This document shows, piece after piece, positions 11,021-23,336 of a stretch of DNA of 64,000 bases. Within the stretch, counting starts at the first letter, position 1, and each line of letters begins with the position of its first letter. The notes under the pieces were generated by a model. It searched no databases. It was given only the letters and a program-made list of their open reading frames with translations, and was not told where the DNA came from. Source of the stretch: Lama glama (Eukaryota); contig CM052817.1 in NCBI GenBank assembly GCA_028534125.1, positions 15,006,001-15,070,000 of the forward strand. Direction: 5' to 3'. The position numbers and the translations under genes are program-made.

Positions 11021-14000
11021 GTCAAAAACCAACCTCTGCACAGTGAGTAAAACAAATCAAAAAGATGAATTTGTGGAAAAAATTTCCATCAGCCAGCCAG
11101 GAAACTCAAGGCTATGGGAGCAATGGCTCTGAGTTCCTCAAACTGAGGGATTTTGTGTAAATAGGGTAAATGTGGAACTCATTTGGCTTTTTCAGCTGAT
11201 TCATTGCCTAGCAGTCTTCTTCCCTGTTTGGGTCAGGGTAGCTGAGTCAGGAGAACAAGGAAGTCTGGAGGTGACATAAACACATTTGGCTTTTTGGGCA
11301 TAGCTGGCGTCCTCTGCTGATTTCTGAGAAGAGCTGTAGGTTCCTTTAGGGTTAAGTTTCCACTATATGCCTGCGTTGACTGTCTCCATTTTGTTTCCCT
11401 GACGTAAGTGACTCCATTAGCTTGGTTCTGTAAATATCATCACGCCACGGTACTTTCTCTTCATCACGATTTGCTGAATATTTAAGTGAAAACTTCATGA
11501 GCAAATCAGAGTCCTTAACAATAGATGTTTACTGGGAATATTCCCAAGTGGGAATATCAAAGCAAGGTAGACCTTAAAATAAACAATAAATGGAATTTTG
11601 ATTTACAGCTAGGTAATCCACGGTAGAGGCAGAAATATGAGCATGGGAATTATTAGTGTCTGGGTCCCCCATAGTGTTGAAATAACTAGTTGTATCAAGA
11701 CATAAAGTCTACAGAAAGGGAAAGCGTAAATGAGAGATGGAATGTTTGGAAGTTTTAGATCAAAACAAATGGTTTGGATGTAGATATATCTGAAGGATGC
11801 CTTCCTTTATTATCTTTAAGTTTATTTATTAAAGATCCAAAAGGAAATTCGGATAATTAATGGAATACAAAACAAAATCTATGAAGATCAGCAGTTAAAA
11901 CAAAATCAATAGAAATTGTTCTGATATTGAAAGCCAAATTGTAACCAAAAATTCAGATGATAACAAATCCAGTGACTGCCATTGTGATTAGCTGCATCCT
12001 CTATTAATGATTTTGGACCATGAAGTTGTTTCTTGTGTCTTACACTTTAAACCTCGTTCCTTCCTACATAATTCCAATTACGGGTGCCTAAGCTCATTGT
12101 GATTTGGCCCTGGGGCTCTGTATTAGTGATCACACAAAGATACAGAAGACCCTGTCACTGCCTTCCAGCGGGTGGACGCCTAGTTGGAGAGGAAGGTAAA
12201 ATCACTTTTATGTCAAGAGGTCAGGTTAATCTGAATTTCGAGTTGTAGGAGTTCCTTAAAGCCATCCTTATAGCCTAAAGACTATCAATAACTCAGCTAT
12301 ATGTGGATGTGACTTTGAATGGAACCATGTGAATCTGCCCCTCTGAACCCAGACTAAATGTGTCCCCAAACAACTTTCCCATTTACAAAGAAAAGTAGAG
12401 ACCCAAGGATATAAATGACATGGCTTTGATCACCTGCTGATCAGTACACAGCTGGGAGAACCCACATCTCTGGGTCCTAGTCTGGTGACATTTTTAACGA
12501 CTTCATTCTTGTATGCCTGGGTTTTCCTGGGTTTCCTACTACATTTCCCTCGGGGCACTGGGACCTTAGGAACCTCCCCAGTTTTCCAAGTGGATGATTG
12601 TCAACGTTTCCTGAAAAACAAATGTTTCATTAGATTCTCCAAATGGAGGATATTCGATGGATTCCTGAACCTTTGATGATACAGTTGCAGAAAGATCCCT
12701 CTTTATGAAAACAGACTTTCTACAGCCTGACCCCTGCCTTGCTCATCAGTCTTCTCTCTTGCTCTTCTCCGAGGTGCACTACAAATTTTCTTTGCTTAGG
12801 AATTTTTGCATCCCTCTGATTTTTTCCCTCCTGTTTTTATAATTGTGTGTCTCTGGGTGGAATGCCCTTCTGCTTTTTTTCCTGCCTGGCTAATTATTTC
12901 TAGGTTCAGGTTGGGATATATATGGATGAAAAAGTTGTATATTTCTCACCAGTTTTTCAGTTTCTAGCAATCCCTGAAACAAATTGCATGCAGCACCATG
13001 TATCTACAAAATTACCTTCAGATACAGCAAATGGTTGCTTTATAGTATCACCTCTTAGCCCTAAGAGGGGACTGCACAAATATTCCAAAGATGTAGTTTG
13101 TAGTTAGCAGGCAATACAGTGCAAGCCAGCTCTTGTTTTTAAATGTTATGCCCAGAAGAGATCTTTGAAATTTTATAAACAGATGGATTCTTTTTGCTTG
13201 ATTCACTAATGTTTTACAATTAACTAATTAGCAGGTTTATTGCCAAAATTAGCAATAAAAAGTGTTCAGGAGCTTCGACCAAAGCAGTCTTCTGCAATTA
13301 CATAGATACCAAACAATCTGCATGATAGTTGGAGGCTAAACATTGCCCACATCAGAATTTCACCTGCTGTTTTCAAATAAAAGTTGACAAATACGAAAAT
13401 GAACCCTGCAGATTTCCACTCTCCTTTCAAATACACCAGTCTCTACCTTAATTAATAATAATTACAGGTAACACAAATGAGAGTGAGAGGGCCTAATTGT
13501 GCTCAGATTGCTTTCAAGTGTGCAAAATTGCCTAGGACACACGGTTCTGAAGGACAATGAGGAACCGTTTTTATGTAAAGTCCATCTGTTCTTCTTCACC
13601 TAATGGAACCTTAGATGACCTTGTCTCCTACTGTCCCCATCATGGGCCAGGTCCATCTCCTGTCCTGTGAGTCATCACCACACTGCTTCTCTGGTCCTAC
13701 AGCTCACCCCTCTCTAGCATGACCCAAACTTCGGCTACAGTCAAATCCTCATGTTTCCTTAAATAGGCCACACTCTGCACTTCGCTTTGGTGTGAGCCAT
13801 TTTTCTGCCTCAAGTACTTTCTGGGCTCCTTTGTCATCACAAAGTTTGGGCATCACCTCTTTTGGGATGTATTCCCTGATCTATCCTCTATTCCTGTCTC
13901 CAGAAGATGGAATTTGATTTAGGAGGGGGAGGAGGGCAGGATATGTTCTCTTCTTCGTGGTGTCCCTTCACTGAACTCTAAGCAATTTCCAGTGAGGGAA

Positions 14001-14046
14001 TATGGTTTTGACTTTAAAAATAATTCCAGGTTCAATAAGTATCTAT

Positions 14047-14190
14047 TGGAAGAAGGAAAGAAAGTAGAAACAAGTGAGTAAGGGAGGGAGGGAAGGAGAA
14101 AAGAAACTTAGGAAGGAAGGAAGGAAGGAAAGAAGGAAGGAAGAAAAGAAGGAAGGAAGGAAAGAAGGAAGGAAGGAAAATGAGAAAGAC
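14047..14190. repeat. Purine-rich (GGAA)n-type simple repeat
   Basis: Visible ggaa/gaaa array. Confidence 0.9.
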
Positions 14191-14769
14191 ATGCTTTTGC
14201 TAATTCCTAGGCCCTCTGTTCAGCGTATTCCCTCTGTCTGGAATTTCTCAGTTCATCTCTCAGAATCCCCATGGAAGTTTCAGTTTGTACCATACCACTT
14301 ATTCCTACACTTTTTTTTTTAATTCCTACACTTTTATAAGCCTTGTTTTAGACTTTCATTTTTTTCTGGCATAAAAAATGTCTGCCTCATCAATTAGGTT
14401 ATAAGTTCTTGCTGGTAGCAGAAATGGAACCTCAGTATTCAAAAGGACTTCATGAACTATGACCCACCCTAAGCCCTTTCCCATAGTGAGAATCCCATTG
14501 GTCACAGTTCTGGTACTTCTGAAAATTCTCCTGAAGCTTTTTTGGTGCCTAGCTCTTGGTAAACACTCTCTGTCCATGATCAATCAATAAAACTGTCTTT
14601 GTGCTTAATAAGATCAAATGCTACTCATTATTTTATTGATTTATGAAATTAACTGCTTTTATATTTATACCCTACCATGTTCCCCAAAATACACGTGATT
14701 GGATAAGAATCAGTGATGAACTCTGAGCCTTCTAGTGTAGCCTGAGCAGTGAGTTAAAGTACAGCATAT

Positions 14770-15040
14770 GCGTCTTCATTTCCTGATTTTTCTAGGCTCA
14801 GTTCAACTGACACTTCCTCCTAGAAACCTTCCCTGATTTCTCCACCATGAGGTAAGTAGTCCTCCTGTGTAATTCCAAAGCACTACTGTATATAAATTCA
14901 TCACAACACAGCCTTGTATAGCAATTATCCATCCCCTAATTTTATCTGCCTCCCCAACTAGGCGTCCACTCCCTGGAAGGCAGTGACAGGGTCTTCTGTA
15001 TCTTTGTGTGGTCACTAACACAGAGCCTAAGACATGGCAT
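14770..15040 (+). mobile_element. L2 LINE 3' fragment
   Basis: 'acttcctcctagaaaccttccctga...tctgcctccccaactagg...ccctggaaggcagtgacagggtctt...cacagagcctaagacatgg'. Confidence 0.65.
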
Positions 15041-16310
15041 TCCTCTCCCAAGCCATCCTCTATTATGCTACAGGAGCTCTCCTCTTAATAGACATAAGTC
15101 TGCATACATACTCCCCTGCAGAAAATCCTCTGAAGACTTCTTATTTTTTTGTAGGAGGAACTATAAGCTCTTTAGTTTGGAAAAAACATCTTTCATCATA
15201 TGGCCCAGTCAACCTTCCAGTCCCATCTCTACCCTCATCTTGTGTTCTAGGTGCTTTGAATCTTTCAGGAGTTACATGTCCATTGACTCCTGCATTTCCT
15301 TACATTTTGAATAGAAAAAACAATCTTTCTTTCCATTGATCTCTGCCAGCTGAATATTTCTCTTCTTGGAAATGCCCCGTCCTTCCTTAAAGACTCAGCT
15401 CAAACATTACCTACTTATTGGTATTTGGAAAGCACTTTGACCCAACATACCACACAGCCATCATTCAACAATCACCTACTAAGAGACACAGAGAACTGGG
15501 AACCAGAGAATCACTATGTGAACATGGAATCTCTTTACTTGTTTGCTTCACTTACCCCACTAGGCAGGAACCCTGATGGTTTTGCCCTCCTATTTCTTGC
15601 TAACAAGGTACAGTGTCTGGCCAATTAATGACAGTTTGGATGAATACATTTTCGGGCATTTCTTGGTTGTTGATTCATTATCAAACTAAACTCAATATTG
15701 GGTTTTAACAGCTAGTCATTTTACATATCATTTATGAAAATGTAGATGACTAGAGGTGGAACTTCCATGAGTGAATTTTTTTTTCAGAGAGCTACTTTGT
15801 AAAACTCTCTGTATTAATTCTAGAAGAGACGATATCTTAATGCTACCATCTTTCTAATCTGTTCGTTTAGAATTCCATTTTTTCACTTTCATGCTTTCCT
15901 GTAGTTAACTTTTGCATTAACATCGTCTTTGGCACTGTATTAGATATAATGCTTTAATTTTCCAGGATAATGTATGGAGAATTAGGTATACAACTTCTCT
16001 ACTGATAATGGTAATGCTGATAATGACAGTTTTAATGTTCAAATTCCTTGCATATTTTATTAAAATGTATACAGTTATTTCATCCGAGTTTCTTGAAGGA
16101 GCTGGGCGGACACTATTCATGCAACTTTATAGGAAATCCAAATCTTCTTAATTCTCATCTTTTTTTTTTGTTCTTGTTGTTGAGCAGTAACCTAAAGATG
16201 TGCTTTTCATGAAGGAAAAAAATGCAGTATAGACAGATATAGCCTAGAAAGAGTGACATTCATTGTGTACACCACACAAATGCAGTCAACACATGTAGAG
16301 TCTTTTTAAA

Positions 16311-17180
16311 TTTTTATTTATTTATTTTTAACACTTTTTATTGAGTTATAGTCATTTTATAATGTGTCAAATTCCAGTGTAGAGCACAATTTTTCAGTTA
16401 TACATGAACATACATATATTCATTGTCACATTTTTTTTGCTGTGCGCTACCACAAGATCTTGTATATACTTCCCTGTGCTATACAGTATAATCTTGTTTA
16501 TCTATTCTGCATATGCCTGTCAGTATCTACAAATTTTGAAATCCCAATCTGTCCCTTCCAACCCTCCAGCCCCTTGGCAACCACAAGTTTGTACTCTATG
16601 CCTATCAATCTGTTTCTGTTTTGTATTTATGTTCTTCTTTTTTTTTTTTTTTTTTTTTAGATTCCACATATGAGCAATCTCATATGGTATTTTCCTTTCT
16701 CTTTCTGGCTTACTTCACTTAGAATGACATTCTCCAGGGACATCCATGTTGCTGCAAATGGTGTTATGTTGTCATTTTTATGGCTGAATAGTATTCCATT
16801 GTATAACTATACCACATCTTGTTTATCCAGTTATCTGTTGATGGACATTTAGCCTGTTTCCATGTCTTGGCTATTGTAAATAGTGCTGATATGAACATTG
16901 GGGTGCAGGTGTCTTTTTTGTAGAGTTCCTTCTGGATATATGCCCAGGAGTGGGATTCCTGGGTCATATGGTAAGTCTATTCCTAGTCTTTTGAGGAATC
17001 TCCATACTGTTTTCCACAGTGGCTGCACCAAACTGCATTCCCACCAGCAGTGTAGGAGGGTTCGCTTTCCTCCACAGCCTCTCCAGCATTTGTCATTTGT
17101 GTGCTTTTGAATGATGGCCATTCTGACAGATGTGAGGTGGTACCTCATTGTAGTTTTGATTTGCATTTCTCTGATAATTA
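16311..17180 (-). mobile_element. Young LINE-1 3' fragment: ORF2 C-terminal Cys-rich domain (frameshifted), 3'UTR and A tail
   Basis: ORF 16849-17166 ([65 protein letters not shown]) continues in another frame as [42 protein letters not shown]. These are hallmark L1 ORF2 motifs. Confidence 0.97.
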
Positions 17181-17302
17181 ATTTTTTGGGGGGGTAGGTA
17201 ATTAGATTTATTTATTTATTTTTTGGAGGAGGTACTTGGCATTGAACCCAGAACCTCATCAATGCTAATCAGGCTCTCTACCACTTGAGCTATTCCCTCC
17301 CC
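17181..17302 (-). mobile_element. tRNA-Ala-derived SINE (camelid vic-1-like)
   Basis: Reverse complement reads ggggagggaatagctcaagtggtagagag...gaggttctgggttcaatgccaagtacctcc, then an (aaat)n linker, ctaattacc and a C-run. Pol III A- and B-box-like motifs are present. Confidence 0.9.
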
Positions 17303-17640
17303 ACTATAGAGTCTTATTAAAGTGAGCATCAGTTGGTTAAACCCACAACCGAGGCCCAGAACAGTTTCCAAGAAACCAAACCAGGAGCAATGAATTCTAC
17401 GACGTCTTCTCTCCTCTCCTGGGAGAGCACACCCAAATCTGGATGTATTTACCCAGAGTGGAATCACGCTCATCTGATCTCTACTTAATCAAATTGCTGG
17501 ATTAGTGCTTTTCTGGACTGATTTACTGCGTTAATTGACAGTCTCTATTCCGTCTCTAAAATCTGTGTGCTGACAGCCCAAACTGACCCTCATGGCCTGT
17601 GTGCTGATAGGCCACATATTTCAAAGTCAATTTCCTTGTA

Positions 17641-18410
17641 TATTTATTTTTTGATGAAATGTATCCTGTGTGTAAAAGAGTATTTAAAACATTTATGATT
17701 CCCTTAAGAGAGAATAATAAAATCAATAGCTGGGTATCCACTGTCTAGCTTGAAAAATGGAAAGGTGTGTGCCCTTCCCTTAATGTATCCCTCTCACCGC
17801 TCTTCCTCCTGCCCCGGCACTCTCCCCAGGGTAAACAGTGTGCTGACTTTCCCCCAAATTACGCTCTAAATTTCCTTTATGGCTTTATTTGTACACCTGA
17901 AAATATGTTGTTTTCTTTTTATCTGTAAGTAAGTAAAATAATATGACACATCTATATCTGTATCTTCTGTGACATATTTACTTGGCTAAATATTATTTCT
18001 TTCCCTTGTTTTATTTTTTCCCTTTATATGTTGAGATGTTATGTGCTCAGTGGATTTGTTTTTTTTGTTGTTGTTGTTACCCAAACACCTGTAACAGAGT
18101 TATTTGACCACCATCGCCACCTCTTTATTGTCCTCCCAGATATTCAGGACCTTAAAAACTAACCTTAATCACACCTCTTTCCAATTTAAATCTTAATATT
18201 ATTTTGTATTTTAATTCTCTCCTATTTTCCTCCAACAATTAAAATTTCTTATTGTTATTTTGCACAATGTTGATTTAAATTTGCCAACATTTTCCTACTT
18301 ATTTTCTTAACGTTCTATCTCAGATATTCTATCTGTGATTTTTTTCTTTCTGTTTAAAGCATATCCCATAGACTCTCCTCTGTGGAGAAGCTGGGTTGAA
18401 CTTCTCATAT
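17641..18410 (-). mobile_element. Old L1-family element (HAL1/L1ME-like), 3' part
   Basis: An L1ME-type 3' end pattern is followed directly by ORF1 C-terminal-like sequence, with no ORF2 in between. Confidence 0.55.
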
Positions 18411-18469
18411 ATTACCTGTCTGAAAGTGGCTTATGGACAAGGAATGTGAATGGAAGGGATGCCTGTTTT

Positions 18470-19429
18470 ACCAAAGTTAGGAAGACATACAAGTGATACA
18501 CTTGGTTATAAATTTTGTGTGGCCAGAGGAGTGCCACTCTGAATAAAATACATATGGATTCATGGGAAGATATGACTATCCTGGACTGGTGGTAAGACAT
18601 TTGGAAGGAGACAGATTAGAAGACTGAAGGCAAGGAGATCTGGGATAGAGGCATGAAGGTGGATATACGGGAGTGGGTACTAAGTGTAAAGATCTTTATA
18701 AGACAATGTTCATAAGAGAGCATCCTCCACAAAAGAGGTACTGAACAACCAAGTATTAAAAAAAAACCAGCCTTGGCTAGTTGTCATTGGACAGCCTCTG
18801 ACACTGGTCACCCAGTGCTGATATGATGAGCATGTGAATGAGGTATCCATGGTGACAGAGATGGAGAACATGAATGGCCTCAACAACACAGACTTACTGT
18901 CATCAAGGCTGATGTAGCTGTTGCCACTGCCAAGTGGCCAACTGATTGAAAATAGATACCAATGCTGAGACCCTGACACAGCACCATTCTTTGAATAGAC
19001 CAATAAGCCAATTGATGGCAGGTTGATCACACTGGGCTCTTTCTACCATCGAAGGTCCAGTGATTGAGTCTCATAAGAATGGATACATATTCATATATGT
19101 GTTCTCCTTTCCTGGCTCAACCAGCACCACTATTGAAGGACTTCTTCATCTTTGACCCACTGGTCCATCCCACATAATATTGTGCCAGTTTATGGCAAAT
19201 AAACATGGAAGTGGGCCTATAAACAAGACATCTATGGATTGTATCATATAGTGGAGAATGGAGACACTGAATATCACTCGTGGCCCAGAAACCACCTGCA
19301 GTAGTGGGGGTTGTCTTTTGTTCCACTAGCCTTCCTCTTCTACGTTTCTCCCAGGAAAAGAGGCCTGCTGGAGGTGTAGAGAAGCTCAAACATGCTAAGA
19401 AGTATAGTTGAAAGTCACAAGGGGTGGAC
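18470..19429 (+). mobile_element. ERVL internal fragment (pol RNase H-integrase remnant) ending in a polypurine tract
   Basis: Hand translation: MDSW (18554), WKETD*KTEGKEIWDRGMKVDIREWVLSVKIFI (18602-18700), WQVDHTG (19016), DTYS (19082), all resembling ERVL pol. PPT-like 'caaggggtggac' lies just before the LTR. Confidence 0.85.
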
Positions 19430-20131
19430 TGATGGACAAGGGGGTGTTTTGCTTAGATGTCTCTTCATAGAGCTTAGTCTCCTAGCTGGAAATTCTATTA
19501 AATCTGACTCAAAGGCATAGAAAACAAACTTATGGTTACCAGGGGGAGGGTGTGAGGAAGGATAGATTAGGAGTTCAGGATTTGCAGATGCTAACTATTA
19601 TATACAAAATAGGTAAACAAGGTCCTACTGTATAGCACAGGGAACTGTATTAAATATCTTATATAATGGCCTATAATAAAAATATGAAAAGGAATATATA
19701 TGTATAAATGAATCACTATGCTGTACACCAGAAATTAGCACAACTTTGGAAATCGACTATACATCAACTAAGAAAAACAACAGAGATCCTTTAGATAACA
19801 GCTTTGTCACAGATTTTCTTGGCTGCAGATAGCCACCTTGCCCAAAACCACAACCTTCCTGGGATGCTTAATATCTAATGACTGATCAAAACAGATGTGT
19901 AAACACCAGCCATTTTGGCCCAGCATGTAGCAATTTCCTTGGGCCATTTTATTTTCAGAGTTCCCTGTTGGGTAGACTGAAGCCTCCTTTGGGTTTCACT
20001 TTCCCCCTCTGTTCAATTTTCCTATCTTCCCTTTCCTTTCACAGTTGCTGATCCCAGGGCTGTTCCTTAATAGTCACCTGGTACATTAAACTCCTAGTGA
20101 AATCTGCTTCTGGAGCACCCAACCTGTGACA
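19430..20131 (+). mobile_element. ERVL 3' LTR (LTR16-like), interrupted by an L1 fragment
   Basis: Begins tg after the PPT, contains 'gctgcagatagccaccttgcccaa', and ends 'aatctgcttctggagcacccaacctgtgaca'. Confidence 0.8.
19504..19780 (+). mobile_element. LINE-1 3'UTR fragment
   Basis: 'gactcaaaggcatagaaaacaaacttatggttacc...gaatcactatgctgtacaccagaaa'; same type as the copy at 5258-5747. Confidence 0.9.
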
Positions 20132-21371
20132 ATGTTATACAAATGGAATTTTTTTTAAGAAAGGTAGGGTCAGTTTGCTAGCACAAAGAATATAGGGAAA
20201 ATCTAGAAACTCAAAACCTTGCAATATTGAGAAAGCCAGCAGATTTGAAAGTGTCAACTAGCAAAACCTATCAACAGATAAAATGACCCAGGATAAAGTC
20301 GTATTATAGATTTGGCCCCCTCACTCATTATTCCAAATAGCCTTAACATATCTGCCATTAACCTGAGAGAGAGGGAGGTGTTTGGGACAAGAAAACAAGG
20401 AAATAAATCATGTCCGAAAACAAAATGTCTCTAAGAGTACTTCTGATATTATTACTGGCATGTGCAACTGACTGAAAGCAAATAGATCAGAAACTTACTA
20501 AGTTTCTAGAAAACCCATATTCACAAAGAAACTACAAAGCTAGGTTTTTAAAAAGCAAATGACCTTTTAGATTTAAAACAACCCTTGATTTCCAACTTTC
20601 CATGAGTAGAAGCTCAGTTGTGAAACTTGTACAAACCACAATGAATGAGTGATGAATCACAAAGCTCATCTTCCATGTGGCAAAGTAAGGAAAAAGGAAT
20701 GACTTTATGGAGAGTGACACCACAGGGCATAAGACCAAGGGACAAAGATTCTTCCAAAAAGGGAAAATCAAGGTTTAATCAAGGAAAATCTCCCTTGAGT
20801 AAGGAGCATGCATCTACGTCTGCCCAGGGAATTCTGTGAATATTATATATTTTCTATTGATTTCCTTTGAGAATGGGAATATTTATTGCAATTATTATTA
20901 TTTTTTCTATTTCACCGTTGATTTGACGGGATGGAACATAATGATGACTTTTTAGTTTGGAAGCATGTTTGAAAAGACTAATATGATGATCAGAATTCTT
21001 GGAATTTGAGTGGAGGGCAATAACTCGATGGGACTTTAGGTTGTGGCTGAGTGTTGGTAGAAGACTGGAATGGTTTGATGACTGAAGGACAAACAGAGGC
21101 AGGAATAATGCTGTGCATTAACCTTATCATTTTTGGTTATTCTATGACCCTCCAGCTCTTTCTTCTCCTTTGAAAGCAACTGTGGAGACCACTTGTTGAG
21201 ATGGAAGATCCACAATATCCCTGGGGCACTGCCAGGGAGACAATTTCCCTGAAGAGTTGCAATAATTCAATTTGGACTTTAAGTGAGTGAGAAATACATT
21301 TGTTCTAAGTCACTAAAACTTGGGGCTTACTTTGTTCCTACACCATAGTCTAGCCTATTCTGACTAATATA
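20132..21371 (+). mobile_element. MaLR internal remnant plus MLT1 (MLT1J-like) LTR at about 21095-21371
   Basis: MLT-int-like 'gagaatgggaatatttattgcaattatt' and LTR 3' end 'gagtgagaaatacatttgttctaagtcact...ctagcctattctgactaatata'. Confidence 0.65.
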
Positions 21372-22376
21372 TTCTCTTTCTGGACCATCAATTAGGTTTA
21401 TGCCAAATGTTTTCTCTCTATTCTCTATGGCTCTTACCTTCTTTCAAGCTTTCAATCATTTTTCTCCCTAGGATGCCTTCTGGATAATTTATTTGGATCT
21501 ATCTTTCAGCTCATTAACACTCTTGCCTGTTGTCTTCAATTTTCTGTTTAATTTACCCATTATATGTTTGATGTTAATTAATTGATTTTTCATGTCTAGG
21601 AGTGTGACTTAGGTCTTTCCAAATCTATTTAGTTGCTATAGTCTCTTTTCTCTGCTTTTACTTTTAAGCTTCTCTTTTATTCCTTTAAACATATTGAACT
21701 TGTGTATTTTATACTCTGCAGCCGATATAGCAATTACAAAAGACTTTCATTTCTGATGTTGGCATCTCTTTGTTCCTGCTGGCTGTCATTTTTGTGTCTC
21801 CTTTTGTGTTTTGTGATTTTTGGCTGTGGTCTGCTCATTTTTCTTGGTACTTTATGTGTGCAAATTTCTTGAGGCCTAGGTTGTAGTTGGATTCCTCCAA
21901 ACTCCATTTATGTTTGTTTAGGCTATTTGGCAGCATTACTAACACAGGATCACTATACTTGTCTGGGATTTTTCTTTTTTTACTGTTATTCAAATGGTAG
22001 CCTGAATCTGGACTGTAAAATTCTATAAAGTTTGCTTATTGGTAACAAATTCTCAAATGAGATTTTTTTCTTTCTTCACTTAGCATAGAATCAATAAACA
22101 CAATGAATTGATAAATGAAATTTTTCTTGTGTATCTTTTTATCTTGAGTATGCAGTCCTTGGAAACTGAGCCTAATGGAATCTGTCTTCATAGTTTCCAT
22201 CTTTGGGCAAGTCCCAGATTTTAACTCCAGGTCTCTGTACCTTTTATAGCATCAAAGCAGAGCTAAGGAACTCCAGGGTTTACTAGAAACCTCTACATAT
22301 AACCTGATTTTAGTCTCCTTTATCTTTCAGGCTTCCTGCTTTCTTTTTTTCTTTTCTTTTCTTTTCTTTTTTCTTT

Positions 22377-22464
<88 letters not shown>

Positions 22465-22673
22465 TTTTTCTTTCTTTCCTTCCTTCCTTCCTTCCTTCCT
22501 TCCTTCCTTCCTTCCTTCCTTCCTTTCTTTCCTCTGTGAATTGCTTCCTTTTGTGCCAACTCAGAAGTTCTTTTTAGAAGATTGAATATATGTTTTATAC
22601 AACACTCTAGTTGTTTCAGTCAGGAAGGTTGTTTAGAATGATCTAGTCTGCTATACTGCTTGGAATGGAAGTC
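21372..22673 (-). mobile_element. Old L1-family element (HAL1/L1ME-like), ORF1 region and 5' end
   Basis: ORF1-like antisense text 'tctggataatttatttggatctatctttcagctcattaa' and 5'-end pattern 'ctagtctgctatactgcttggaatggaagtc'. Confidence 0.6.
22339..22535. repeat. Compound (TTTTC)n/(TTTC)n/(TTCC)n microsatellite; 197-bp pure pyrimidine tract
   Basis: No purine on the + strand between 22339 and 22535. Confidence 0.97.
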
Positions 22674-22709
22674 ACTATAGGCCACCCTCTAGAACTATAA
22701 TCATACAAG

Positions 22710-23260
22710 TACACCTCTACCAGTCAGGTTGTATGCTTAGCGAAATTAGAGGTGTCTGTTACCAAACTGGCCTACTACAGATATTTTTTAGTATAACTAA
22801 TTAATTTATAGCAATATTATCCTAATTGATTAAACAATTGAGTAAGAGAGCTTTTGTATATTATGAAATAATAATGGCAAGGCTCAATACAGATAAGTTT
22901 TTAAAAAACAACATTGAATTAGACCTGTTAAAAATAACAGCAAAAGATTTGGAAAAATTTGTAAGAATCTAGAAGAATTCTGTAATTAGATTATTTCACA
23001 ACTGTCTTTAAGTTCTTGTTCCATTTTAAAGAAATAAAAATGGAAAGGAATGCTCTATGATAGGTATAGTTTATGCAAGAAAGATGGTTGGGAAGCCAAC
23101 TGAGAGAATTTTGCTTGTACAGAAGGTATTAGATTCACATGCAAAAATTAGTAGATAAAAACATTTTAGGTATGTATGTATCATTTTTTGTAATTCCTAT
23201 ATCTAACACATTTTTTCAATAAACCAGTTTTGAGTGTGTTAGAAAAGAGAGCTGCTAGGA
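22710..23260 (+). mobile_element. Degenerate Tigger (pogo-like) DNA transposon, transposase N-terminal remnant
   Basis: 'aaagatttggaaaaatttgtaagaatctagaagaattctg' and 'tttatgcaagaaagatgg' (FMQER) resemble the HTH-CENPB region of old Tigger elements. Confidence 0.55.
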
Positions 23261-23336
23261 ATCTAAAACTCATACATGCATATTAGTCAACACACTTGGT
23301 ACTGGACTCTGTGTATAGCAAAGTTCTTTGGAGGTG

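Noticed and set aside
16764..17166. Host protein-coding gene
   Set aside because: It is a frameshifted, 5'-truncated L1 ORF2 C-terminus.
22320..22559. Lys/Glu/Arg-rich ORF (also 14074-14322 and 58551-58763)
   Set aside because: These are translations of purine simple repeats.
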